The translations under genes were made by a program, and so were the position numbers. The notes under the pieces were generated by a model. The model was not told where the DNA came from and ran no database searches. It saw only the letters and a list, made by a program, of their open reading frames with translations. A stretch of 63,566 nucleotides of DNA, the filler included, from Choristocarpus tenellus KU-1152 (lineage: Eukaryota > Protista > Phaeophyceae), in assembly GCA_964200185.2 (NCBI GenBank). It is 15 parts of 15 records of this genome, joined end to end, with 100 filler letters (N's around TTAATTAATTAA, not from the genome) between each part and the next. Parts side by side here need not be neighbours in the genome. Positions count along the whole stretch, not along the records: positions 24,072 to 28,096 come from CAXNAD020016610.1; positions 28,197 to 31,517 come from CAXNAD020020817.1; positions 31,618 to 38,073 come from CAXNAD020008107.1; positions 38,174 to 47,001 come from CAXNAD020004289.1; 11 more parts are not named here. One strand, given 5' to 3'. Below are positions 26,613-39,949 of the stretch, piece by piece; positions within the stretch are counted from its first letter, which is position 1, and every line of letters begins with the position of its first letter.

Positions 26613-28353
26613 CTCTGTAATGTGTGTGTGTGTGTGTGTGTGTGTTTTGGGGTGTTATTAGTGTGTTATTAGTGTGTTATTAGTGTGTGTGTGTGTTTTG
26701 GGGTGTTATGGGGTGTTATTAGTGTGGGGAGTCCTTTCGTTAGAAAATTACTAAACCCCTGTGTCTACCAAGGAGGTAGTCAGCTGACTATCTGCTCGGT
26801 AGTTGATGTGTTTACTGATGTTTACTGATGTTCTAACACCATTTGGGTGACAACATTTTTTACACGAAATGATCTATCTTGCATACCATACCCACACCCA
26901 CACCCACACCCTCTCAAGTTATCAAGGTATCAAGTTATCAAGGTATCAAGTTATCAAGGTACGGTGAAAAGTTGGGTTAAGTGCACTTCGTCCATGGGTA
27001 CCGTGAACATCACACAGGGTTACAAACAAAACAAAACAAAACAAAACAAAAACAAAAAAAGGGTCAAAATTGATCTCTACCCCCTCGGTGGTTTCACTCA
27101 CACCGAGCCTGAGTGAATGAAGAAGGTATACTGACTGCTGTTAATAAGGCACACAGTAGCAATAAAAAAAACAAGTAACAAAAATCGTTGTACAGGGCGG
27201 GGATGGGGTTCTTGTAATGATAAAATCATGACAAGTTTGCAGGGGCAGGGTATGCCTGCATGTGTGTGTCCCTGCGTGTATGTATGTTATGCAGGGGCAG
27301 GGTATGCCTGCATGCATGTGTCCCTGTGTGTATGTGTGTTATCTGTGGGGACCAAAGACCAGGGTTCCAAGATTACAGGAGTATTTTACAAGTGTTTTGA
27401 GATTTGGCTCTTTTAGACCTGAGACGTTTTATACAGTTTTTTTCATTTTCATGTCAGAAGCACTACGTGGACGGCGCCTCTGGACAGGGAAGACAATAAA
27501 AGGTATTGATAAAAGGTATTGATAAAAGGTATTGATAACAGCAAGAGGGAAGGTGTGTCAAATAAACCAAATGACAGTATGAACTATTTTAGAGTACACT
27601 GCCATCAATATCTATCTGTATGTATATATGGATGTATATATATATATATATTGGTGGTATACCTCATGATGTAACACTAATCTGCCTACCCCCCAAAATA
27701 TGTTGTTGGCGGGGATTTATGAATTATTCTTAAGATCTACATTCCCCCAACAAACTGACTCTATCATATTTGTTTCCCTGTTTCTGAAGGACTTCGATTG
27801 AGCAGATATTGAATAGAACTCTTTGAAGGGGTTGAGGTCAGTGTTAGGGCTATATTTCTAATACATTACTTTCAAATATCTATACTTCAGGAAGTATATG
27901 ATACTTATTTGCTTCAGGGTAAGTACTACTGCATCAGACAGAACATAAAAAAAAATAGGACGGGATTTATTTATTTTTTTGTGAGTTACGTAACGAACAT
28001 GTGACCAAATATGCTGTTGAGAGTTATCAAGTCGTTTCACTTTTGATTGCCAGTTTAGATCTTTTCAAGGAGGAGAATTTTACGGGGGGAGGGGGGNNNN
28101 NNNNNNNNNNNNNNNNNNNNNNNNNNNNNNNNNNNNNNNNTTAATTAATTAANNNNNNNNNNNNNNNNNNNNNNNNNNNNNNNNNNNNNNNNNNNNATAA
28201 CAATTAAAAAAAAATAAAGAAAAAAAAAAAAAATTCGGTGGGTGGTGTTGGGGTTTGGGGGGGGGGGGGGGGGGGGGGGAGGCTGTCCATTCAGGGCCCA
28301 TTTTTACATGTCATGATTTTTGGGTGATTTGGTTGCACTTGTTAGATGGATAA

Positions 28354-28612
28354 GAGCCAAACTATCTTAGAGGGTAGAGCCGAGTCCATTTGGGGGCCAA
28401 AATCCAATGTTGCGATTTTGATGTAGTTTTGGCTTTCGTGTTTGCTAGAAAGTGTCAATATCTTTTTTTCAGACACACCTTTTCATAACGTATACATTTT
28501 ACCTACTCTAAAATATTTTGGAGTAGGAAAATGTCACAAAAAAACCCATGGGAAGCCAAGCCCCAAATGGACAAACAGGGAAAAACTCGTATCCTCTAAG
28601 ATACTTTCACTC
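28354..28612 (-). mobile_element. MITE family A nested inside a family B copy (host about 28258-28692)
   Basis: Flanks TAA/TAA; removal restores the family B motif GATGGATAATG. Confidence 0.92.
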
Positions 28613-29466
28613 TAATGCAAGTGCACTTTTCCTGGCCAGGGCCTGAACGGACACCCTGGTGTATACCCCCCCCCCCCCAGATACTTTGAGTCTTATATAC
28701 TTTCAGCAGGGAGATGGAGTGTAATAGTCCAAACTTATGATATATGGGGCTTTAAAAAAGGCATTACCTTTGAGGATGATGTATGGCACTAACTCAAGAT
28801 TTAGGTAAATGTCCCGATGGTCTGAGAGAACCCAATGATGCCAGCTGGAAATGGAAGGATAATGAAACACAAATGAATTGAATGTACATTGATTGAAATT
28901 CTTTATAGATACTACCAGAATGGAGATATCCCTATGATCAATAGGTCAAAAGGTCATATTGCTTTCAGAAAAAAGCCACATAGAACATATTTTTTTTCAA
29001 ACTTACTGCTTAGTCCTCCTGTCCACAGGTAGCAAAAAGACAACTCCAACACAACTTTCTTGCCCAGGCTTGACAAATTTTTCCTTAAAGTAGGTTTAGG
29101 AATTATCTGCACGCCTTGCAGAACAGCTACTCAGCTCAAACACTAATCCTCCCTTCCTCCCATCCGCCACTTACAACTGTCAAAATTACGACCACTTCTT
29201 CAATCAAAGCACCTGTGGGCAACTGGAGTCGGCAATGAAAGAGCTCGCTTCTGCAGTTTCATCTAACTCGGCCATTCTGGAACTGGGACTTGGCAACCTT
29301 GCAGTGACTAACGGACCATTCCAAGACGTCATTGACACTGCATTCTACGAAGCCATTCAGTAAGATGGAGGTCTATAAGTAAAGACTTTCTGGGCAAAAA
29401 GGGTTGCAGTGTTGGTTTGTGTAAGGTGAAGAGGGAGGTGAAGTTGGTGAGTGAGAGGAGTGGCTC

Positions 29467-30672
29467 TTGTTTCCCCTGCCTACTGTCTACAATGCAATCC
29501 CAACCATCATACATTGCTCACCGATTTTCTCTCAAAAAACAACCCCCACCCCTTCTCGGTACACTACATCACAATTTAGGAGTACACTGGCTCTGAACAG
29601 CAGAGTTAAGGCCTCCAAGGAAAATGCAAAAGGTGCTACTCAACGGACACATCGCTTTTCACAAAACAATGCCCCTGACTTCAGTCCAGCTGGGCATCAC
29701 CCAAGATCCTTCTCAATGAGCCCGACACGAGTCCGCCACAGGTTTGCATTTGATGCAAATATGTATCAGAGAGGTACTCCAAAGAGATATCAGAAGATCT
29801 CCTCTCGGCCCACAGTAAAGGAGAGGAATGGAAAGGGATCAGTTTCAGAGGCAGTAGTGTCGCCAAGTTGGGGGGAGGGAAAAGGAAAAATAGCTAGAGA
29901 AGGTTGCCAACTGAACAGCGTTGACTTGTCATACAGGGAAGATACCAAGTTGGAGGGAAAAGGCCTTGGAATTAGATGTACAGCTGGAAGAGAGAAAGAG
30001 GGGGGGAGTGATTTATCAAAAGATCATCTTGATCTGAAGCAGGAAGGATGGGTGAAAGAGGGAAAGCAGGTTGGTAGGGATTTGAATTCGAAAACGAAGG
30101 ACACACCCCCTGAGACGGCAAAGCAAAAGAAACAACCCACTGTAGAAGGCAAGGATCAGGACTACCGGAAGCAGCAACTGGGGAAATGCATACCATACAA
30201 ACTTCAACCAACTGAGGATGGATCTTTTGGTGGTCATGATGGCCCAGTCTCCTCTTCCCAAGTCTCTCCTTCTCTAAGAACTACAAAGAAGGACCAAGGG
30301 CATGGGACACAGACAGGAGAGGAGAAAGAGAAGTCACATTTTACTGATATTGTAACAATGACACACTCTTTTGTAGGACTACCTCGTGATGATGGAAACC
30401 TAGGAGGGGCAGTAAGGGCGCTCTCTTGTGACTATAGTAGTTCTACAAAAAAGAGAACTTGTCTAGAAGACGAGTGGACTACCCCTAGCCGAGATAATTG
30501 TGCAACAATTCCTACTGTCTGGGAGGGGGATGAAGCGGGGTCAGGGGTTGAGTGTGAGATGGAAGAGATGCGTGCCGTTTCAGCAACAGGCTCTACATGT
30601 TTCAGTGAGGGCTTTGGGGAGATGGAACGAAACAAACTGCAAGGCGGGATTGAGGCACAACCACAGGTGTGA
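29467..30672 (+). CDS. 401-codon ORF, hydrophilic, no recognisable domain (large exon or pseudogene)
   Basis: Longest ORF in the window; ends CAG|GTGTGA, a possible donor; upstream frames contain stops. Confidence 0.45.
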   Translation: MFPLPTVYNAIPTIIHCSPIFSQKTTPTPSRYTTSQFRSTLALNSRVKASKENAKGATQRTHRFSQNNAPDFSPAGHHPRSFSMSPTRVRHRFAFDANMYQRGTPKRYQKISSRPTVKERNGKGSVSEAVVSPSWGEGKGKIAREGCQLNSVDLSYREDTKLEGKGLGIRCTAGREKEGGSDLSKDHLDLKQEGWVKEGKQVGRDLNSKTKDTPPETAKQKKQPTVEGKDQDYRKQQLGKCIPYKLQPTEDGSFGGHDGPVSSSQVSPSLRTTKKDQGHGTQTGEEKEKSHFTDIVTMTHSFVGLPRDDGNLGGAVRALSCDYSSSTKKRTCLEDEWTTPSRDNCATIPTVWEGDEAGSGVECEMEEMRAVSATGSTCFSEGFGEMERNKLQGGIEAQPQV

Positions 30673-31617
30673 TGATGATTTTACTGATTAGGCAATAGGG
30701 AGTGCACTTTGCTAAGATAATGGTAAAAAAGAGCAATTAGAGTTCAGGGGCAATAGGAAGGATCCTGGTGATGAACAAGGAAGTAAGAGGTAGTTCCGCC
30801 TTGGGGGGTGGCATTGTCGAGTATTCCTTGTCCTTCATATTTGTAAGGCAGTGGCAGGTGATGTTAGTGTACCTTTAGCTTGAATGAGGAGAGGATGGTC
30901 CCAGACATGGATTGCAAAGAGCAAATTCTTCAAATTCAGGGAGTCAATAACCACTGACGAAAGAAGGTACAGGTTCGTAAGTTCCACTTGTATTCAATCA
31001 TGGTTTATGCCTGGAAGCAATCCCTCCTCCCCACCAGTTGTGGACTCCATTGTGTTCCCTCCACCACCGCCTTTAAAGTATGACAGGTCCTAGGATTTCA
31101 CACTGCATTGAATGCCGCTGTATAGGATTCAAGGAGGACAGGACAAAGTTTAGTTTCAGTAGATCTTGCAGGAAAATGTAGGAGGTTGAGTAAGGGTAAA
31201 GAGTTAAGGTTATTGACCGTGTACACTCAAGGCTTCCTTGGGTCCAGCAAGTCCTTGCACCTATGCTTTGGTTAGAGTAATAGTGCAGTTTGTGTGGAGC
31301 TTGTATTCGAAGGCAACTTTGGAAGTTGAGCATGGAGTGACATATTTGCCTCACTGAGGTGAGGGCTCAGTGTTGCTATCAGAGCTTTCCACTGACAAGC
31401 GGCAGGAGTATATTAGGGGACCTATGATGTGGTCGATATTTAGCAGAACAGCAGCTTATCCTAACTCACCTTAAGGCCCAAAGTATCTGGGAGGGGTGGC
31501 GGCTGTCCATTTGGGGTNNNNNNNNNNNNNNNNNNNNNNNNNNNNNNNNNNNNNNNNNNNNTTAATTAATTAANNNNNNNNNNNNNNNNNNNNNNNNNNN
31601 NNNNNNNNNNNNNNNNN

Positions 31618-31925
31618 CTCTCTTATTATCTTATTGTTTCTTACATACATCAGCTGACTCATCAGCTGACACATCAAAACATGTCCTGCCGTTACATCGT
31701 ACTACGTCACTCATCTTGTGTAGCTAGTACTAAGACAGAACACCTCCAACAGTCCATTTATATCAAGTAATAAGAAACCGAACATCTGAGATTCGAACTC
31801 ATTACTCTACGCACACGAAATACAAGTCAATGACACTTGTTCCACTTAGCCAACATTCCTGTTATCTAGCAGTGTTCACTACACACGTATAAACCATATA
31901 GACTATCAGCCTATATTGCACAACG
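31618..31925 (-). mobile_element. Internal fragment of family C TIR element
   Basis: Reverse complement of 9360-9660. Confidence 0.75.
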
Positions 31926-32289
31926 TCTACCAGAGAAAAAAAGAATAATCAGATATGAGGTACAACTGGTGGTTTTGATGTGAAGATCAAAGACTAAAGA
32001 AACAAACTCATATCAATACCTGGGACAACCCATATGGCACATACTATGATTGTATGTTGGACAGATATCGACTGTTCCATACTTCCTATGCACCATGGAG
32101 TTGTAGCAGTAATCGATGATGCTATGATGAGGTACCAATGATGGAAATGTGAGTAACGACCAGTACCAATGTGCAAATCAGCAGTCAGTATGAACTGGCA
32201 AGACTGTATCGTATCCAGTACACAAAAGATGAGTAGCCTATGTTTTAACATATACTCCCCACAGGGGCACTACCGCTCTTCTCCAGACC

Positions 32290-33700
32290 TTGTATCCATT
32301 GTTACTCTGTCTTTACCGTCCAAAAATGCACTGCCTTAGCTTTTGCAGGTTCTCATTGTGGTGCATGGGAACCAGTACCCTATGTTTCGTCCATCCTAGG
32401 AGGTCTGGGCTTTGCTAGGAGACCGCTCACTCCCTTGGAGATACATCCATGTTGTTGGCGGAATGTTACAGGTAGTTCCTGTTAGGTTAATCCCTTCAGA
32501 GGTTTCGGCGTCCGTTGATCCTCTGGAATGACTAGAACTTCTCCAGTAGTCAGCTTGGAGCTCCGGCTCCAGAATATTCCTTAATATGCTAGATGGGCAA
32601 ACCGCTCCTCCTTGGAGAACTTTCTGTCAATGGCTAGTAGAAGTTCAGAGACCAGATGGAGGAGCTTGGATGCTCGACTAGCCCGTGCTGAGTGGATTCC
32701 CCACTCTAGCCTTTGGTGGTCACTTCATGCATCAGGAGACCCACTGCATGCACGAGGGAAATTGCATGCGGTGCAAAGCCTGCCAGGGACTTTCATGAGC
32801 ATGGTGATGTTAATCCGCTCCAGGATATCCATCTAGACTCGGTCAAGGACAGAAACAACACTTGGGTTATGAACCCCGCACGGCATGCATGCATGTTGGG
32901 GTATGTGGCCTGAATTCCCCGTGGGGGGGAGGGAGGGGTGGGTTGGGGAGGGGAAGTGGAGGTAGGACGGAAAGCAATGATCCATCAGCTAAGGGTAGGG
33001 TGAGGGGAGGTGGGATAGGGAGGGGGAAAGGTGAGAGGGTGCTTCCAGCGAGGGAAGTATTTCTGACTTGCCGATTTCATTTATTCCAAGCAAGTATGCG
33101 ATTGGAAGGTAGTTTTGGTCATGGAAGGTATGAACCTGGTCAATCCCAGCATTATCCCCCTACATTCCTGAGAGGTCATGGTGAAACACAAACATATGGT
33201 CCCCCCATCCTCACGGGCGAGTGAATGAAAGGAAGGGGCTTTGTGGGAAACTGACAGCGCCCAAGAAGAGGGGGACATAGAGCCAGGATACTGTTGGGGC
33301 TCTACTGTTTTGTGTAGTCCAGTGGGAGGTGGTGGTGTATGTGGCATGGGGGGTGGGGAAGTGGTGATGGAGCCAGGTCTCAAAGACTGGAGAGTCATAT
33401 AATGAGGCCAAGTTTGACCCCGACTCAGATTCAGGGATGTTGGTGGTGGGTTGGAAGTGGGGGAGGTGGTGCTGAAGTGCCCTGGTCTGTGGGGTGAGGT
33501 GTGTGGGACATAGGTTGTGGCCTGGGATGTTCTGTATGGAGAAAGGGGGAAATTGGGCCTCAGTGGCGGCAATTAGGCGGCCAATGAGCTCACTAGGAAG
33601 AGGGTGGAGCCTTTGGTTGGTGAGGGTGGGGTGGGTGAGTTTGTGCCGTCGTGAAGGCATATGAAAGGGCATTAGCATATTCACAGAAGGCTAACCATGC
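32290..33700 (-). mobile_element. Decayed 5' region of a probable CRE-like LINE
   Basis: Stop-ridden, Pro-rich frames leading to RASKLLHLVSELLLA..KFSKEERFAHL and ENLQKLRQ, resembling the pre-RT region of CRE elements. Confidence 0.4.
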
Positions 33701-34653
33701 AGATGGAGTGGAGCAAGTAACTACAGAGGAGGTTTACCTGATGGTCATGAGGGAGTGGCTCCAGACTACTTGGACAGGAAGGGAATGAAGATGGGGGACT
33801 AGGAGGTGAGGGCATGAGATGGAGAGTAGGGGGAAAGACAGGATGGCAAAAGGGCAAGAGGATGATTAGGTACGGATGGATTGGACGATGGACTTGGGTC
33901 TCGCACTGCTTTCCACGGCAGTGTCGAACGATTTGGGCGTGGAATAGTGGTATCTCAGTGTTTTAACGGGCAGGGTGTGGCAGGTGTGACATGGGATGGG
34001 GTGTTGGGTGGGTGCGGAGGTAAAAGGCGGAAGCACAGCTCAGGTGAAGGGAGTGTGGGTAGGTTAAGGGGTATACCGATAATTCTATTTGGTAAACACA
34101 CATGGGATAAGGCTCTGGTTTTGGGCAGCACGGTTGCTGAGCGTGGTGGGGATTAGTGTCTCTAGTGGGAGAGGCTGGCTGTTGGACCACAGCGATACCT
34201 TCGGTCCCATTATAAACAAGCGGACTCTCTTGTCTCCTTCCTTGAGATTTCATCCTGACTAGCCCCACTTAATCGTGTGCTGGATGTGAGAGACATGACT
34301 CACTGCGAAACCATCACCATGTTGAAAAGCTTGGCGCACATAAGGCTCGTCGCCGGAAGCTAGCAGTTGAATTACATGGTAAAGCATACACTGAATTATT
34401 AATTATCCGCAAGGTATTGTCCACTTGATGGTATTGTCCCACTATACCATTTGTAATGTCCCACTAACTTACGATAACATACCACTGTGTACGTTACTAC
34501 CTTGTATTGTACTAAACTGAAGATCAACGTACATATAAGCTATGTTGTTTACTTGGATCAGCATAGATAACGTAAGGATAACACTAGGTTATTCGACACA
34601 CCACCCTGCAGACCCTGTCTCACCTATTCCCTCAGGTGCGCTCTGTCCTACAT

Positions 34654-34889
34654 GGGTGAAAGTACCTTAGAGGGTACGAGTTTTGCCCTGTTTGTTCGTT
34701 AGGGGCTTGACTTCCCACGGGTTTTTTATAGCATTTTCCTACTCCGAAATGTTTCAGACTAGGCAAAATGTTTATGTTATAGAAAGGTACGTCTGGAACA
34801 ACGATATTGACACTTCCTAACAAACACCATAGCCGAAATTACATCAAAATCGCAACATTGGATTTTGGTCCTCAAATGGACACGGCTCT
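34654..34889 (+). mobile_element. MITE family A, right TIR missing
   Basis: GGGTGAAAGTACCTTAGAGGGTACGAG and internal match up to CAAATGGACACGGCTCT. Confidence 0.9.
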
Positions 34890-35690
34890 TTTTCAAACAT
34901 AGGCTACTCATTCGATTTGCTTTGATACGATACAGCATCATCAGTCCATACTGAACGTTGATTTGTCCATTGCAATGGTCGCTATTACCATTTTACATCA
35001 TTAGGTCATTAGCTCATCATCACAACTCACTCAGAAGATGTATGACAGGAATTACGTTAGATATGGATCCAACCTTGGCTTCTTCTTTCTTCCTGTGTTA
35101 TTTTTTCTTTTTCAAACAAGTTATCAGTTGCGTAGCATGTGTTGATTCTTATTTTTTACTTCACTGACAGCCCCTCAATAAGACGTCCCATCACTCTGCA
35201 ACAAGTATAAGACACACACCACGATGCAATATAAACAGAGTTAAAACCACCCTTCAAAATCCTTCTCTACCACAGTGACAGCACTTTTCACAGAGGATGA
35301 ACTTCTTCATTTGAATATCTCAATGAAGGACCTCACAGTTTCTATCAATCACCGTCTGGTTGAGTATAATATGCCACAGACATAATAGTACCCATCTCAT
35401 TTCAACCAAAGTTTGATTGAGTTAGACATCCCTTCAGACACATCAAACCGACCCTGCAGGTGTCTTGTTGCACTATGACACACTTGCCTTCAACGGTGTT
35501 AATCACAGCACAACCAAACATACCTTCATATCGAACACTGACCGAATACTACATGTCATCAGACCTACTAGAACAAATTCATTAATTCTTTGTTGTGCTA
35601 TGACCTTCGTCACAAACGAGACACATCACAACAACACAGATCTCATACGAAATCAGGTTTCAACAACTCTACCCTCCAAGGTACTCTGAC
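34890..35690 (+). repeat. Second copy of the dispersed repeat with decayed FNIP/LRR-like frame
   Basis: Reverse complement of 22.5-23.4 kb; plus strand reads SINHRLVEYNMPQT, SHFNQSLIELDIPSD and RTLTEYYMSSDL at intervals. Confidence 0.7.
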
Positions 35691-36687
35691 TCTATCATCA
35701 GGTGTTGTTCTCCCTCCCTATTATGTGTATCTGCATTACCCTACTGCATCACAGTCCTATCCCACCACAAGTGTTTTGAGGTTGTTGGAATGTAGTAGAA
35801 ATTACACATCCCTGGGGAAGAGCAACTTTGTTTATTAGTTTTTCTACGAGGAAGAGCATATACTGGCAAGGGACATGTTAGTATGTTTGTATGTGTACAG
35901 TCATTCCGTTGGGAGTGGTACAGGAATCGAGAAAAGTAAGAAATACAGCTCTTTAGTGTTGGTATAGCAGTGTGAAGTATTTCGACGTATTTCGAAATAT
36001 TTGATGGTGTACTGCCATGAGAAAAAAGGACACTTGGTGGCATTCTGCTGATGGCAGACATGAAATGATATGTGTCCCTTCATGTTACTGTGTGGGACTG
36101 ACTTTCCACGGCTCATTCATTGATGTCTAGTTCACTGAAGAATTGAATGATTGAAGCATTCCGTGCTCATAGAGGCTCATTATCTCAATTATCTACAGAG
36201 CCTGCCATCTCTCCACCCGCCTCTTCGTCCACATCCTCCTACTCCTCTTCATCATCCTCCTAAAAATCCAGCGCTACCAAATGTCATCCTCACTCAGTCC
36301 CATGGGGAACAATGATGTTATCCTCCTTCAGCTCGCTCTCTTAATCCACCTTGGTCGTCTTCAGTTTCAACTTCACTCAAGGCTAGCAACTCAGTGCCTC
36401 TTTCCTATTTCGCGCATTTGACCTTTTGCCTACGTTCTTTCCGACCATTTGCTTCCCAATGATCCAGCATGTCACAAAGTTCTCATATCCCCAATTGCGA
36501 TACCCTTGGCGGGGTCGCTTGAGTCTAGTGAACGGGTTTGAAATGTGTTATTTGAGACCGTTGGACATCATCAGGTTGAGATTATTCCCAGGCCAGTAGG
36601 TCAAACCCCAAACCGAACTCTCAACTTCTAGGCATCACTGTGCAACAGTTAGGGCCCCCCTGAAGATGAAAAGTTTATCTGTGGAAT

Positions 36688-36810
36688 GAGTGGAAGTATC
36701 TTGGAGGGTACGAGTTTTGCCTTATTTCTCCGTTTGGGGCTTGGCTTCCCATGGACTTTATTATGACATTTTTCTACTCAGAAATGTTTTGGAGTAGGAA
36801 AAATGTATAC
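36688..36810 (+). mobile_element. MITE family A, left half only
   Basis: GAGTGGAAGTATCTTGGAGGGTACGAG ... GGAGTAGGAAAAATGT. Confidence 0.88.
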
Positions 36811-37439
36811 TACCTCTGTGCCTTAAGTGTGTGCCACGAAACATCTAGGTTCGCCAAGCGAGAACAGCGCCAAATCCGACGATAACCCCACAGAATGAAA
36901 TCGGGTTGACAATCCTAGCTTTCAGAGAAGGTGGGGGTCAAGGATCATCAGGTACAAACTCGTGGTGCTTCAAGCCGCCAAAGTAGGGATCTTTTGGGGT
37001 GATTTTGAGGTCAGAACTGGGCACGTCGAGGGTCAGAATGTTGGCATGGCAATCCCCCCATCGAACCCCCCGCATAGGAAGAGTGTCCAAGTGTCCCTGA
37101 ATACCAGGGTTGCGCTTGCAGTGCAGTACACCCTCGCGATGGTCCCTGGCGAGCATAAATTGCCGCAACATATTGGGCCGGCCTTCGCAGTGAAGTTTGG
37201 AGTGCCTGAGCATTATCTGCGAGGACTCTAGGAGGACGTCGCCAATCAGCTCGCCCGTGGCCACACGCTTGACCTAGGGGTGGCAGCATGTAGTGGGTGG
37301 CCTTTGGAGCTCACACTGACCAAGATGGCTGCAATACATAGTATCAACTCCGATAATTGGTCATCCACAGTGGGTCAGGTCACAATGAAGAGGCTGCCAA
37401 GGGGCTGAATTATAGCACGAGCACCATAAAGAGGGGGTT

Positions 37440-38073
37440 GGATGATATGTGGGCTATGCCGAATCGCCACTGGATCAAACAAACCCAAGCTTAAATTGTG
37501 GCAAAAGGTATGGAGAATGGGCTTTGTTTGCAATCAAGTGGACCGGAAACGTGATGTGTACGCCTCCTTGGTGAATGCGATCTATGTGGATGAAACCAGG
37601 TTTTACGTGATGGCTGATGGGAAAGGGTTAGGGTATTTCCGCATGAGGATGATAGCGACCTTCCAGGGTCCCTTACTCTGCAGTACAAGAGTAATATCCC
37701 CGAAACCATGATCATTGCAGCCAACGCCTCCTCAGATTGGGCTCACGACTTGATGGAAAGCTTGGTGTTTGGCGTGTGTGTGCGCCAAAAACGGCAGAAA
37801 CAACAAGCAAGAACCATAAAAAAGGGGATGTATATGGGCAGGACTGTGCACGTGACGATTTGTGGTACAGGAAGTGCTACACGGAAGCATTACTGCCTGC
37901 TATCAAGACCAAGATGCCTTGGTTGCAGGGGAAGCATGTTGTCGTTCAGCAAGATGGTGCCGCCCCCCACATGGGCAAGGGCAACTCAGAAATCTTGTCA
38001 GGGACAGGGAAGACTGAGGGGTGGTCAATTAGGCTTGTGACGCAGCCATCTAACTCCCCCGACCTCAACCAAC
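37440..38073 (+). mobile_element. Decayed plant-mariner-like (DD39D-type) transposase catalytic region
   Basis: IYVDETRFYV, DGKLGVW, LLPAIKTKMPW..VVVQQDGAAPH...LVTQPSNSPDLN; frameshifted and cut by the contig end. Confidence 0.9.
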
Positions 38074-39949
38074 NNNNNNNNNNNNNNNNNNNNNNNNNNN
38101 NNNNNNNNNNNNNNNNNTTAATTAATTAANNNNNNNNNNNNNNNNNNNNNNNNNNNNNNNNNNNNNNNNNNNNTGCACATGGTTCCTTGACCCCACCATC
38201 TCTGCAATAAGCTTCCAGTTCACCTTCAAACGACAAGAGGGCAGGGAGGTAATAGCATCATATTTCAATGTGATTCACCATTGGTGACCTAGAACAATAG
38301 CACAGTAAACAAGACACTGGAAATCTAGAGTACAAACCCAATACCCATGCCCTATAGCAATAGGTAAGTTGAGTATGATGCAAAGCTTCAAGAGATAATC
38401 CACGGTGACATGAATCGACAAGCCATCAGTGTTCCAAAGCCACGGTCAATCACACAGTCATGCAGCCCTATAATGCAGTCCAGGTACACAACCAGTCTCC
38501 ATTCGTGTATATCCATACTACAGGCACAATTAAAAAATAGAAGTGCACTGTGTGGGGTCACAGGAGTAGTGGGACTGTGTGAGTGGAACAATCTAACAGT
38601 GTAGGTGAACTTCAAGGAAATAAGGTTAAAATACACATCGAAGACAGAAAACATACAAGAGACTCAAAAAAAGGCATCCTGTTCGTGGCATTGAGAGAGC
38701 TGGGAGTGCATATGGTGTTGACATGACTCAGCGCCCAGGTTCCAAATGGGAACAAACAAGGTTTGCGGCAGACTTTTTTAGTATGGTCTTATCCTCGAGC
38801 AGAGGGAAATTCTGTGGTATGGTGCATGCGCCTTGCGATACAGGCCAACCTCTAGTGAGCTCTAACAGAAGTAGCACAACAAGAACTCTAAGGTGTCAGC
38901 GCGAACTACCTCGCCGATTTCGTTCACTGCCTCACGCAGGCGTTCATCCTCTGCTGGCATCCACCTCCTGCGTGTTGTCCTGCAGGTAAAGAGGAGACGA
39001 CGTCAATAGGGAAGAGGATAAAATGTAGAACAAAGGGAAGTAAAAATGAGAAGATGTCAGAAACATACGTACAGACAGAAGCATGCAGGCAGAAGCATGC
39101 GTACAAACAAGCGTTTGTATCATCACTGAGTATCGCCTGGACCTTGCCGACTGGGGAATTTCTACCTGTCACCCCTCTTCTGGCCTTCGTCCCTTTCCAT
39201 GATACCTCAGCACCTTCCCCCTACTACCTCCCCAAATCAGGTTCATAATTTCCTCAGCACCACCCTGGATTCTAGTGCCTTCAGCCTAACATAAATCAAT
39301 TAGAGGTCATTCCCATCAACGGGCACATTCGGTAATAGTCCACCGGTGTGTAGATTATTGCTTATGGTAAAGATCTAAATTGCCATAGTGATCGAAGTCT
39401 TTAAGGGCATGGATAGATCAAGGGGGCCACTCACCCGTCTGTATCGAAGGAGGGCTCGACGACAGTTGATGCAGGGGGAAGGATGACCTCGTGGAATGCC
39501 CTTCGTTCACCACTTACAGTCCTTCCTACAACATCAGTCTCCCCCTCGCGGTCTTCTATGCGCCTCCTCTTTATCTTAAATGATGATTTGGTAGCCAGAT
39601 CCTGTGTCAATGGACAGATGAAATAGATAATTGGTACCACTGACGATAATGGGGATACTGAAGACTAAAAAGTACCCAGAGAATCGGGTTCCCACCTTGA
39701 CATCTCGAAACGAAGACGACAATCGTTTTGTATATGTCCCACCCTCGCCCAGATTGGAAAGAGACGTCATACCATCAATGGGATGGTCTTTATTATAGGA
39801 TGACCCTTCGATTAGTGTTGCGCTCTCCACTTGTCTGAATTTCCGACTTTCCTTAGAGATAAGTCCACAAGTCTTGCGGAGCGAAGTGGTGTTCCTGGAC
39901 TCAAAAACTGGCTCTTCGCCATTTTCCACGATCCACAAGCTCTTTTTCT

